DNA of 64,000 bases from Hemiscyllium ocellatum (GCF_020745735.1 NC_083417.1:38006001-38070000); one strand, 5' to 3'; counted from the first letter of the stretch, positions 38,421-50,630 are shown. The notes: generated by a model from the letters alone, not told the origin. Translations and numbers: made by a program.

Positions 38421-40357
38421 TTCCTCTTGTCTTGGATCATAGGAAGTAGTATTGGTATACCAATTTCACTATTTAAACTGTAGATCCAAATAATTGCAAA
38501 CACAGAACAAGTTATATGTAAGATTTATATTTGGACTATTGCTCAATGTGAATGTTTGTCAATTTACATTTTCTTTTGCCTGCAGACCATTTCATAGTGG
38601 AAAATAAATGTGAAATGAAATGAGAATTAATTGAGTGGAGAACTTGGACACCAGGAGAGAAACTCTGCCATATAGCGGCCTATTTATATTTGCTGCCAGT
38701 TGCAATTTGTTTTCACAGATGGGAAGCAAAACTGTTTCACAAGGTGATGTATGTTCTGTGCCTCCAGACCTTTTTGCATTATTGCATTGGCTCTGGCAGG
38801 GGACTATAAAATAAATAGATTAGACTGAACAAAAGAGAAGTTTGTTTTGGATGTTTTGCTTTTGCTTTGAAGCTTACCCCATCACACTTCTAATCCAAAT
38901 CTGAAACCCTCTTGGTTGGTGCAGGTAGTCAGCTTGCAACAATTCACCGTAGTCAAATTGGCATAACCAGCACCTGTTGCTGCCACCTCTGTATGTGTTA
39001 GCAGAACAAAAGGCCATTGAATGATCAACAGCTGTTATGTTGGTTCTGAACTATCCAGGGGGCCAAGTTTAGGGTTTCTGTGTAAGAGTGCAAATGATTC
39101 TAAGAATTAGAATAATGTAAGTGACAGATGTGTTATGTTATGTTCTGTTCTGATAGAAATAGAGAAGCTGGCATTGCTGTTTGTTTGTATTTCTAAAGGA
39201 GTTCTTTTTTCATTTTGGTTCAGTGTTCGAGTGCAAAATCAGTGTAGAGATAGTTGTATAAAGGGTGATGAAACTACTTCAATTACGTTTGATGAACTGT
39301 TACCGACCTTGGATCTTGGAATTGAGTCTTGTATAAAAGCAATTAATTTGGCTATAGCAAGTTCAAAGCATAAAGTATTTCATATTTGTCCGGTCTTTTG
39401 AACTGTTCGAACCTATTGAAATAATTATGGAGGATGTTTAGCATTTTTTACCATTTATAGTGCAAGTTTCATGGTTTAACCCTTAAGTATTTCAACTGTT
39501 GTGGTACAGTAATAATTCTATTGATTTCATGTTTACGATTTGAATCATGTTACAAATGACTTGTATTGTGGTGGGTGAACAAATCATAAGGATCATAATT
39601 GTTAGATTTAAAAACACAAGCTTAAATAATGTCATAAAATAGAAGAATGTGGATTTCGGTGTTAAATTTGGAAATTTCATTTAACTGTCTGTTATTGGTG
39701 AACATTCTATATGTCTCTGCCCAAAATCTGCTGAGATGATGTTCCAGTTCAGGAGAAGCTTCAATTTTACTCATTGTAGGTAACTCACCCACTGCCAACC
39801 TATCCACAAACTTCATCCGCTCAGTGGATGTTTGAATCCATTTAAAGAAAATACTAGTTGTTATAAAAAGACCTGAATTGATACTCTTAACAGGTCTCAA
39901 GATGGTGCATAGAATTGGGAAAAAAATAATTTAAGACCAGCTCAGAATTTCAGCTTGGTCAAAGAAAATGCAAAGCTAGAAACAACTATCTATTAGGTAC
40001 TTCTGAGGTGGCTTGATCAATGGCTTCAAACATACCAAAACCACAGGCTTTGGTCTTCCTAACAAAAGGAAAATGTCCTAGACAAGTATTGATAGTGGAG
40101 TGAGAGATAGGTCATCGGTATTGAGAAAGGAGGATAAAGTTACTCGTGAGAGTCAGTAAAGAAAATGCACCACAGCCAGAAATGTTCCTCCTCATTCTAT
40201 TGTCCCTTCTCCTGCGGAAGAAGGACCAATTTTAAGTCTCACCTGCTGCAGAGCTATGACATACGTACTTTCAAAACAATCTGTTTGGATGTTATTTTAG
40301 AAGTGAACTGATTCACAAAGAATACAGCTGCAGATAGTATCTATTCTGATGGTACCT

Positions 40358-40363
40358 TTTATT
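40358..40363 (-). terminator. Candidate CCNE1 polyadenylation signal AATAAA
   Basis: AATAAA on the - strand ~380 nt after the stop, in a U-rich context; a second one lies near 40495. Confidence 0.5.
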
Positions 40364-40462
40364 TAAAATAAACAGCAGCTTTAAGTACATAAAACAATTT
40401 CATCAATCAATACTTTGACCTTACTGTATTCTTCCCCCCCCACCTCCAAGAGCCACCCTCCC

Positions 40463-40470
40463 TAGCAGCA
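40463..40470 (-). promoter_or_regulatory. miR-15/16-family 8mer seed site (TGCTGCTA) in the CCNE1 3' UTR
   Basis: Exact 8mer ~270 nt after the stop codon; CCNE1 is an established miR-15/16 target in mammals. Confidence 0.65.
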
Positions 40471-40741
40471 ATTAGGATTACTTGAAAAGCACCCTTTATT
40501 TGGTTGGAGTTCTTGGCAAAAGTCCACCCATTTAAAAAAAGGTCAGTATTAAGAACCAAGTTATAGAGTTCCAACATCCAGCATTGAGAGATGCTGGCAC
40601 CACAAAGAATGCAATTAGACATTTACAGCCATCTTCTGCTTTCAAGAGTAGGCATGAGTCAAATCCATTTAACTTCTGTTCATTCTAAAGCATTTTCTTA
40701 TTCAGACTTCAAAGGTGAATGAAATTCACCCGTGATCTGTT

Positions 40742-40885
40742 TCAGGGTTGCAAGTGTTTGAGATCTTCATGAGGACCCGAAGTATTGTTCTTCTTACTGC
40801 TTTGTGGAGGAGTTAAAATTCCAGAAGGTACTGGTGAACATCTACTCTGTTCCAATAGTAGTGCCTGCGTTGAGAGAGCTTTATC
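40742..40885 (-). CDS. CCNE1: CCNE1 last coding exon
   Basis: [47 protein letters not shown]. Confidence 0.94.
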   Translation of the reverse strand, partial: DKALSTQALLLEQSRCSPVPSGILTPPQSSKKNNTSGPHEDLKHLQP

Positions 40886-43800
40886 CTAAGAAAAACAAAA
40901 AAGGTCAGTCTGTTCAGATTACTTGGAGAGCAATAAGTTTTCCAGAGAAAGACCCTTTCAGTTTCAGATATGTTCATCAGGAGGCAAATGTTAACCAGAA
41001 TGACTCCAGTCAATGGCATTACTGACTTGTATTGTTTCAATAACTTAACTGATTTGCATTTAGACATTCATAATCATAAATCACCTGAAGTGCTTTGGAA
41101 TATTTAGTACAAATCAGTATTGATGGGAAAAAGCTTCTCAAAAACGAGCACAAATTAAATGATGCAGATAAAGAAACATCCTGTATAGAATAATATCCTG
41201 CTGTTCAAAAGTATTGAAATATTAAAGTCACAAGCTTTGACTATGTAATGTTCATTGTTTCAAAGAGTCAGTGAGAGATGGACCCTAAATCAGGGGTCAT
41301 TTAAGATAAAGCTAAGGCCCCAGGAGTATCAGCAATCTAAGCTACAATTGAATTTTTTTGATGAGATTTGAAAAAGCTGTCTAACTCCCCACGAACAATG
41401 AATAGACAGGAATTACTATCCTTAGTGCATGGAGAAAGGTTTAAAAAGGAAGCAGCCAAGATAAGTGGTTCACTAATAGTTTTGCATATGACCATATGAA
41501 AAGTTAATCTTACCAGTAATAATAAGCTGTTAGAATGTGTCTGTATGTTGTGCAAATCTTCTGGACAGACACCTTTCAAATGTTTGAGTGTTATACTTCC
41601 CAGTTCTCTCAAGGCCATAGCAAATGGAACCATCCATTTCACACATCCTTCTATTTCACTCCATTCAAATCCTAAGCATTAAACAAGTTATTAATTGTAG
41701 TTATAAACAGCAATTAAAATTTGTAGTAATCTTGAAGATCACCCTACCTGAGACTTTGTGAACTAATTCACAAGACGAAAAGTGATACAGAGCTGAAGCT
41801 GCTGTAACTCCATATGTGAACTCCAAACATCTGAAATCCAAGATACAGAGATCCAATAGCTGCAGATAAGAGTAGTTAACACTATTAGTATTGCAAGGTT
41901 GGCTTAATTCAAACAGAATAGGTTGATAATCATAAAGAGGGGAAAATAGATTACTGTACCACAGGGTGTAACACTTTGTTCCTCCAATACCACTTATTTG
42001 AGCAAAGACTACTGGAAAGAAACTAGGGATGGAATTGTGCCTCAAACCCTGAATTCCATACAGAATCAATCTTTGGCCTACAGTCTATTGGAGGATCTGG
42101 GACAATGTATACTTCACTAAATGCTTACCCTACTTGATACCTCTTGTTAAAAATTGAAAAGAAAAATACCAAGTGTCTTGGGAATCAATGCACTTCACAG
42201 TAAGCTTTTACACTATTGATTTTCAGTGACACTCTACAAAAGATCAGAAAAGTTGTTTTTTTCTGCATTCAGAAATTCTTGTCATTGAGTCAATGATTAT
42301 GAATAAAATGCACAAGTTGGGAAATTAACAGATGGAAGGTGTTGATGATTTAATGCATTCAAGTGCTGTGTTCATGTAAGCTAAGGAGCAAATATTTTCG
42401 TTCCATACTTTAACCTAACTTGCAACATAAAGAACACTAGATACAATCTCGAGTAAGATAGTGGTATATGCTGTCTGGACTATAATAGTTTACACTAGCC
42501 TGAGCACCTTCTATGTCATTAGCCCAATTTTCTCACACCAGCCCTTATCTCAGGTTGCTATGATAACCATCCTGTGGGCAATTACTAATGGTTCTAATTA
42601 GTAGCTATTGAATCACCTAGGCTGACCTTGATCCATTCCTTTCTGTCCAACTATTTCTCTTTGGGCTTATCTCTACTTATTTACTCCTCCACCCACTCCA
42701 TCCTCAGTGCACAACCAAACTTTTTCGTAGCTGTAAATTAATTCTGGATGGTCACTGAACCCAAGCCATTAATTCTGCTTTCTGTCCACAGATACTGCCA
42801 GGCCAGTTGAATTCTCTCTCCCACTCCCCCCAACCACCAAGCAAATTTTTGATTTCTAACATCCACAGATTGTGTGCACGTGCGCGCCTGGACCATAGTA
42901 ATTGGGTATTTGTAGATGGAGACTCAGCTACATAGCAGATGTCTATTCTGAATTTCAGGTTCAGCTGAAGCTAGTGAAACTTGCAGGTATTCTGTCAGAG
43001 GAAAGATAGATACTTGATCAGATTGTAGTTTAAGACATTGCAAAGAACAGATCTTATGTAATAGGTACATGTGCTTATTGTCTGACTGTTGGAGAGACAA
43101 CAGGAATGCAAACTTTGATCACTGGAGTGTGCACAAGGAAGCAGCCATTTTTGTCAGTGATTTCCTAGCAGGATTGACAGTCTTGTGTATTGTTATCTTT
43201 ACTATTGTAAGGCAAATGGGCATCACAAACTAGCTTAACCGTGTGGAAATGGGCTCAACCTGTAGGACAAAGCAAGAATCTGTTTTCATTTCTTGAGCAG
43301 TAGTAAGGATTTTTTATTACCATGGATAGGAATAAGGTAGCACCAAAATGTCAGCCCAGATTGTTTGTGTTTGAACCCACTTTTGATTGTAGTCAAGGGA
43401 AAAGAACGCCTCAAAGTTCATTCTGGAGTTTTAGTCCAATTCTAGAAATACTACCATTTATCACTAGATTAGAATTGGAACCAACTACATCAAATTAAGT
43501 TGCTGATCAACAATGTTTAGACAGACAAAATAGCTAAATGCAATAAGATAAGATATCTGAAATTTACCTCCATTACTTGAACAAACATTTCTTGTGGGTA
43601 CTGTGGTATTAATATTTCATACATTTCCTGCAAATATGCAATTTGCATGTAGATGTTGAGCCAAGACACAATTGTTATCGGGCACAAATTCCACTTGAGA
43701 GCCTAGAACAATATGAATACAGCAGATCAATTTGACAATTGTACTTCGTTTCAAGTCTGATACGAGAAAATGTTTGCAGTCAGAAGAGGCTACATTCTCC

Positions 43801-46800
43801 TATTAAAGAAGCCGCCACCTTCTGGTTCTCAACCTATCCCAACATTTTACTTTAAGAGTATAAAGAGAACAAGTTTATCAAATCAGGTAAAATGTTAACA
43901 TTTCCATTTATGAAGTACCTTCATAACAACAAGTTCCATGTTAAGGATTTCTTCTTCTGTGCAAGCTCCATCAGTAACATAGGCAAACTGGTGTAGCTTT
44001 GGTGGGTAGATTTCCTACAAAAAGCCATCATTAAGTGCACTGAAACTGCATTTGAAATAATACAAGATTTCATTATAATTATCCCCTTACCTCTAGTTTT
44101 GCAGCGATAAATAAAGCTGATATACCAATAAGCTGTAATCGAGTCTTCACAATGTTTTGTTGTGTTGCCATAAATCTATCAAAAAAGTCTTGGGCTAAAT
44201 AAAGTGTCTCTCTATGTAGCTTGTAGACTTCACAAACCTTTAAAGTAGGGAAAGTCAATTTTAAACTGCTCAGAAAACTTCAACAGTCGAAGGAAAAATA
44301 GTTTCAGACAAATTGAAGGTACAGATGCATTCCTACAAAATAAATCCAGAATTGAATTTTCTGAAATGTGGCCTTTGACAGGTCAATGTCTCAATTTCAC
44401 TTCAAAAAACATGAAAACTTGCTGTTTGGGACAATGTAATATTTAACTAGGAGGTACTGGAACTTGAATCTGAATTTAAAATGCCATACATTCAAGTACT
44501 GCCTTAAGTTATAATCAAAACCTCCGATTGAGGATAATGTGTGTGTTGGGCGGCGTGGTTGGCACAGTGGTTAGCACTGCTGCCTCACAGCACCTGTAGA
44601 CCCGGGTTCAATTCCCGACTCAGGCGACTGACTGTGCAAACTCCACACATTCTCCCCGTGTCTGCGTGGGTTTCCTCCAGGTGCTCCGGTTTCCTCCCAC
44701 AGTCCAAAGATGTGCGGGTCAGGTGAATTGGCCAAGCTAGATTGCCCGTAGTGTTAGGTAAGGGGTAAAGGTAGGGGATGGGTGGGTTGCGCTTCAGCGG
44801 GTCGGTGTGGACTTGTTGGGCCGAAGGGCCTGTTTCCACACTAAGTCTAATCTAATCTAAAAACGTAAAACAGCTCGACAGTAAAGGGCTTATTGGTCAT
44901 ATAAATATTACATGCAGGTCAGTAATGTGAAAGACTATGGAAAGAGCAACATTATACCCTCACTACTATTTTGGGACTTCAATTTTAAAGTTTACTTTAG
45001 AAAAATGAGGTGTTGCATTTTGGCAAGGCAATTCGGGACAGGACTTAGGCAGCACGGTGGCTTAGTAGTTAGCACTGCTACCTCATAGCACTAGAGACCC
45101 AAGTTCTATTCCAGCCTTAGGAAAGTGTGGAATTTGCACGTTCTCCTCATGTCTGGGTGGGTTTCCTCCAAGTGCTCCAGTTTCCTCCCATATTATATGC
45201 AGTAGGGATATAAGGTTAGAATCATTAGTTAGAGATAAATATAGGGTAGGGGAATGGGTCTGGGTGGGTTACTCTTTGGATGGTCAATGTGGACTCAGAG
45301 GGCCGAAGGGCTTTTTTCCACACTGTAGGAATTCTATTCTTAAACATGTAAATGTTAGAATCCTGGGCATTGTTGCCAAAAGACCTTTCAAGATTCATAG
45401 TTCCTTGAAAGTGGAGTCACCGGTAGGCAGGATAGTGAAGGCGATGTTTGGTACGCTTGCCTTTAATGGTCACTGCATAGAATACAGAAGTCGGGAGGTC
45501 ATGTTGTGGCGATACAAGACATTGACAAAGCCACTTGTGGAATATTGCATACAATTCTGGTCTCCTTAATAAAATTATTTTGTTAAACTTGAGGGTTGAG
45601 AAAAGATTTAAGGATATTGCTGGGTCTGGAGGGAGCTATAAAGGAAAGGTTGAATAGATTGGGGCTATTTTCCCTGGAATTGAAGAGAAGTGATCTCGAT
45701 CAAAGCTTGAGGGGCATGGATAGGTCAAAAAGCAGAGGTCTTTTTCCAGGAGGGCATAGGTTTAAAGGTGAGAGGGGAAAGATTTAAAAAGGGACCAGAG
45801 ATCACTTTTTCCAGAGGGTGGTGAGTGTATGGCCATGAGCTGCCAGAGGAAATTTCAAAATTTAAAGTGGCATCTGAATCAGTACATAAGTTGGAAGCAT
45901 TGAGGGTTAGGGGCCAAATGCTGACCAATGGAATTAGATTAATTTAGGATATCTGGTCAACATGAACAAATTGAACCAAAGGTTCTGTTTCTGTGCTGTA
46001 CAACTGACTTGAGGAGTACTGGGAGAACTAGCCATTTGGATCAGAACTGGCTGAAAGAAGATGGAGGGTGGTGGTGGTGGTGGTGGAGTGTTGTTTTTCA
46101 GACTGGAAGCCTGTGACCAGTGGAGTGCCACAAGGATCAGTGCTGGGTCCACTGCTTTGTCATTTTATATAAATGGACTGTGAGCATAAGTGGTAAAATT
46201 AATAAGTTTGCAGATGACACCAAAATTGGAGGTGTAGTGAACAGGGAAGAAGGTTGGCTCAGATTACAAAGGGATCTTGATCAGATGGGCCAATGGGCTG
46301 AGAAGTGGCAGGTGGAATTTACCTTAGATAAATGTGAATTGCTGCATTTTGGGAAAGCAAATCTTAGCAGGACTTATGCAATTAATGGTCAGGTACTAGA
46401 GAGTGTTGCTGAACAAAGAGACTTTAAGTATAGATTCATAGCTCCTTAAAAGTGGAGTCGCAGGTAGATAGGATAGTGAATAACGAGTTTGTTTTCTTTC
46501 ATTGGTCAGAGTATTGAGTACAGGAGTTGGGAGATCATGTTGCAGCTGTACTGGACATTAGTTAGGCCACTGTTGGAGTATTATGCGCTTTTCTGGTTTA
46601 AGGATGTTGCCAGGGTTGGAGGATTTGAGCTTAGGAAAAGGTTGAATAGGCTGGGACTGTTTTCCCTGGAAGGTCAGAGTCCGAGGGGTGACTTTATAAG
46701 CCATTTTATAAAATAATAAGGGATAGTGCAGGAAAGTGTGTGTCCAGAATGTATAGAAGACACATCACTTAGTTAGCTTAGTGACCACGTAACCTGCTTT

Positions 46801-49410
46801 AGTGACATTTGTCAAGGTTCAACTTATGGTCTTTAAACCCATGCTTTTCAAACAGTATCATGACACTATTCTCATCCAATGTAATAGTTTAACACAGTGC
46901 ACCATGATCAGTCTTTGTGCTGTTGCTTTGAGTGGGCTTGAACCCACTTCTCAATGAGGCAGTTTCCTCTTTTAAGATTGGATCGAAGTAATTAAGAATA
47001 GCCATTTTAAATTGAATTCTGTAAGTACCAACATTCCTTAAATTCAGTTCAAGCTTGTGATCCAGCAATTTTCAGATCACTCAGTAGGACTTAATCCTGA
47101 TCCCAAAAAAAGGTTACTACATGAAAGTGTACCTTTCAGGCGAGTATTTCCAATACGTTTTTTAAAAAAATTATCCACACAGCAAGAATTGGAATAGGAG
47201 AGTACTCTTTACACAGTCCTTACCTCCATTAACCAGTCAAGAAGAATAGCTCTCATCTTAGGTTGCAAGAGTGGATGCTTTTGAAAAACATCTTTGTCTC
47301 TCGAGTAAGCCTGCTCCTTCTTCAGAAGGATATTCCATACTTCTTCATGATTTCCCCAACTATTTGATATTTAAAAAGATAATGTCACCATAATGGACCT
47401 GAACAAAGCTCTTTTTTCTTGCATTGTGTTTATGGCTTCTTACTCGATAAGGCACTGGAAGTTTAACGTGTGAATATACTTACCAGAAAACTGGTAATGG
47501 TGAAGCTCTAGTTGGAGTGGCTAAAACATTTTTGAACCTGTACAGCATATAACTAGAAGAACTTGATGTAACCGTGTCATCTAGATTTGTGCATGTTGTT
47601 GAATGGGGTCTGTATGGACTCATACAGTTGGCTACAGATCTCCAGCAAGCCTGCAATTAGTCAAGTTTGCAAGGATTAGTTATTAGAATGTTAATTTTCA
47701 GACTGAATTCAGCTTAAAATAGTGACAAAAATCAGATCTAATCACAATCCAAAAGTCTGTTGAACTGGCTACTGCCCCCTCATTTAACATCCTACGCCAC
47801 CATCTCAATACTGTCATGTTCCACTCAACTCGTAAGAGTAATCATTCAAGGTTGACTGGTAATGTAGGAACCATGTTGGAGTGTCTTTAAAGTTAGAGAG
47901 GGGGATTGAACTTAGATGAACTAATGCTAGATAGAATGAGATGGTTATTGGTCAGACATAGGACCAGTGGCAACTCAAATGTAGGCCATTCTGGTAACTT
48001 AGTGAAGGAATAGTGTAAATGTTAGTGTACAAAGGATAATTTGACAAAGTTAAGACTTTGTAACTTGATGCAGGAAGTGTTCAGAATGAGATGAGATGCA
48101 TTGATGAGCGAAGAGGTAAATGAATATATTTCATCCATTGCAGGGAGATCAAAACCGGGCATTTAACATTCAGGGATAGTTGACCTCTTGGAAAGGTGGT
48201 AGAAATAGAAAAGGGGGATAAATTTAAGACTGAGGTGAGGAATATCCCGAAGGTTGAAGACTAGAGTCCTTGTATATATTTATAATTCCTGATCATGTGG
48301 AAATCAAGGCTTTATCGGTAAAGGGAAGGAAAGTGGACATGAATTTGGATCAGCCATAAACCTGATTAACAGAGTAGCTCAAGGGACCAAGCAACCTACT
48401 ACTATTTATTATCAGCTTACATTTAGTTCTAACATTATACTAGTGGTTTTCCAGAAAAGTTTTAAATTGTGTAATTTAATTAGATTTGGAAGTGTTAGAC
48501 TTATCTAGATCCAAAGAGGAGGTAAAACATTTTAGAAATTTGAGACCAAAATTTCTGCCCAGATGGCCGATATTTATGGTAAACAAACTACAGTCCATTA
48601 ATCTTATGGCCTACCTGCTTCACAAATCCTTAGTACAAGATCTATTGGTAATGCCACATTTAGACTTCTCGGGTTGCTAGATACTCTTAACTAGTACAGT
48701 ACTGCAAGATAGTAAACCCTAGATTTTTTTTTGATTGGAATGAGGAAGAAAGTAGTTAGAAAAATCATTTTCTAATAATATACCAGAATGGTGGTTTCCA
48801 ATAACTCGTTGGATTATCGGCTTTACAGTAAGCAACCAAAATGACCTAGTCCAAAACATTATATTTTACCAAAGCCTTATTATACACGAATAAGGTATGC
48901 AGAACACTGCAATTCAGTTAGTAGCAACATGTAATCGAAATAGTTTAAGATGAGAAGTTGGCTAAAAATATAGTTATGTATCAATAGTAAAAATCGTGGT
49001 TAATTAAAAGTTACAGACCCTCATATACAATACCTCCTTTTCATATGGTTTCGCAGACTGTCCTTCCGTAACTTCATCCAAGTCTTGCAAACACTACGAT
49101 CAGAAAAGACCGATTACCAAATTTAGAAAACGTGCTAAAGCACAATGGTATATTCATCTGCGGTTAAACTTACAATGGCAACGTCTGCTTTTCGCTTTCG
49201 GGTACGCAGCACGACCCTGTTCGTTTCTTCGGTCTTTGTTGACTGGTCTACTAATTCACTAAAAAGAAATAATAGCTTAAAAGAACACACATTTGCTCAT
49301 TATGGCGAAACTCCTTGTATAGATTAGGCCTCTGGGGATACCTACCGTGAACTGTAACTAGTAGCACGCACTACTTCAACTCAAGTTAAAATGTACCTTT
49401 TTCTGGGCAT
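40742..49410 (-). CDS. CCNE1: G1/S-specific cyclin E1, complete; 11 coding exons, 1254 nt, 417 aa
   Basis: Exons 49397-49410, 49174-49258, 49034-49093, 47484-47650, 47224-47359, 44091-44237, 43919-44014, 43568-43702, 41748-41859, 41514-41671 and 40742-40885 join in frame with GT-AG sites. Contains RKRK NLS, cyclin-box [41 protein letters not shown] and C-terminal ILTPPQS. Adjacency to URI1 favours E1 over E2. Confidence 0.96.
41514..41671 (-). CDS. CCNE1: CCNE1 coding exon 10
   Basis: [52 protein letters not shown]. Confidence 0.96.
41748..41859 (-). CDS. CCNE1: CCNE1 coding exon 9
   Basis: [37 protein letters not shown](G); within ORF 41701..42069. Confidence 0.96.
43568..43702 (-). CDS. 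CCNE1: CCNE1 coding exon 8
   Basis: [45 protein letters not shown]. Confidence 0.96.
43919..44014 (-). CDS. CCNE1: CCNE1 coding exon 7
   Basis: [32 protein letters not shown]. Confidence 0.96.
44091..44237 (-). CDS. CCNE1: CCNE1 coding exon 6
   Basis: [49 protein letters not shown]. Confidence 0.96.
44548..44860 (+). mobile_element. HE1-type V-SINE in a CCNE1 intron
   Basis: Full head with B box GGTTCAATTCC, V-domain and (TCTAA)3 tail. Confidence 0.93.
45005..46720 (+). mobile_element. Two tandem CR1 3' fragments with a nested SINE (~45048-45340) in a CCNE1 intron
   Basis: ORFs 45264, 45596, 46120 ([10 protein letters not shown]) and 46489. Confidence 0.82.
47224..47359 (-). CDS. CCNE1: CCNE1 coding exon 5
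   Basis: [15 protein letters not shown]...[18 protein letters not shown]; ag / gtaagg. Confidence 0.96.
47484..47650 (-). CDS. CCNE1: CCNE1 coding exon 4
   Basis: [15 protein letters not shown]...[12 protein letters not shown]; ttgcag / gtaagt. Confidence 0.85.
49034..49093 (-). CDS. CCNE1: CCNE1 coding exon 3
   Basis: [20 protein letters not shown] (cf. human FLQDPDEE); ag / gtattg. Confidence 0.85.
49174..49258 (-). CDS. CCNE1: CCNE1 coding exon 2
   Basis: [28 protein letters not shown]; tttttag / gtaagt. Confidence 0.92.
49397..49410 (-). CDS. CCNE1: CCNE1 first coding exon (MPRK+); exon likely 49397-49442
   Basis: AAGATGCCCAGAAAAAG|gtacat; upstream acceptor cctcctacag; phase 2 fits the next exon. 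Confidence 0.85.
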
Positions 49411-50254
49411 CTTCGGAGTTAGTTGTGCGGGTTAGAGATCTTCTGTAGGAGGAGGAGGATCAGGGCTGCATTAAGTTGCTGTCGCTTCTGGAGGTAGTGG
49501 AGTGGTTGCTGCTGCTTACTCGCAGGACTTGCCTCAGGTTTGGGCGCGGGATGGGGAGGGAGGGGGATGGGGAGGCGGTGGTGGTGGGGGTGCAAGGTCC
49601 TCCGGCCCAGTCACATTACTGGTGTTGGGAAAGGAGGGGATGAGCGGGATAGCACTCAGCCCCAAGCCAGCCTCCGATCTCGGCGGACAGCCGAAGATGG
49701 CCGAAGCCGGGACCCTGCGCTGCCCGCTCTTCAACCGGGAGAGTGTGGCTACGACCAGCCCGGGCTGGCAAGGAGTCAGCTGGTGCTCACCACCAGGTGA
49801 CCCTGATCTGTATCCCGTTTCTTGGGTCTTATTGCCCCTTGACTTCTATGCTTGGTGGCCCTGCTGATGCTTCCCTCCAGTCACCCTGCCCTCAGCCGGC
49901 TCCCGCTCTTAACACAGCTCCGCTCCACAGAGCCGGGTCGCTGCACCTCACTGCGCCTGCGCCGATCCCTTTAAATCGCTGGCGGGAGTCGAGCGCGCGT
50001 TCTCAGCCGGAGGAAGTTGTCACCAGGCCACGCCCCTTTACCTCAGGCCCCGCCCCGTGCTCCATCTCTCGGGCACGTTTCTCCTCCCACTCCTCAGGCC
50101 CATCTCACTCAAAACCTCACACGGACAAAACTCCGTCAAACCCCGCCCATGCATGGGCCCCACCCACACACAAGACGTCATCAGGCCACATCCCATCCCC
50201 TTCCCTGGCCCTGCTCTTTCAGTCCTTCACCAGTCTTTCGTCCCATGTCTCGAT

Positions 50255-50372
50255 TTGGAGATGCCGGTGTTGGACTGGGGTGTATAAAGTTAAAAGTCAC
50301 ACAACACCAGTTTATAGTCAAACAGGTTTACTTGGAAGCACGAGCTTTCGGAGCGCTGCTCCTTCATCAGGT
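50255..50372 (-). mobile_element. Penelope-like terminal fragment with hammerhead-like core inside the bidirectional promoter
   Basis: Matches 10265-10376; the - strand reads CTGATGAAGGAGCAGCGCTCCGAAAGCTCGTGCTTC. Confidence 0.7.
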
Positions 50373-50630
50373 GTTTGCGGCCATGTCCCAGGTCTCCGCC
50401 CCCTTCTCTAGCCCCGCCCTTTCAGTCCTTCACCGAACCTTTCCTCTGGTCTCCGCCTCCTTCTATCGATGCGCCCTTTCCATCCAGCGCCGGACCGATC
50501 CCGACTCCGCCCCATTCCTCGGGTCCCGCCCACACAGCGTGATGTGGGCGGAGACAATGACGCGGAGGTACAGCACGTGGGCCGAAGGTAAACAAAGGCC
50601 AGGCCCGGCCTGGAGCTTGGCGGTCAGTAG

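Noticed and set aside
40742-49410. Assignment as cyclin E2
   Set aside because: The C-terminal TPPQS, the MPR start and adjacency to URI1 fit CCNE1.
50558-50588. Upstream coding exon MTRRYSTWAE|gtaaac for the BtpA-family gene
   Set aside because: The nearby AG acceptors (50699, 50701) do not put it in frame with the ATG at 50718. At most it is a non-coding or uORF exon.
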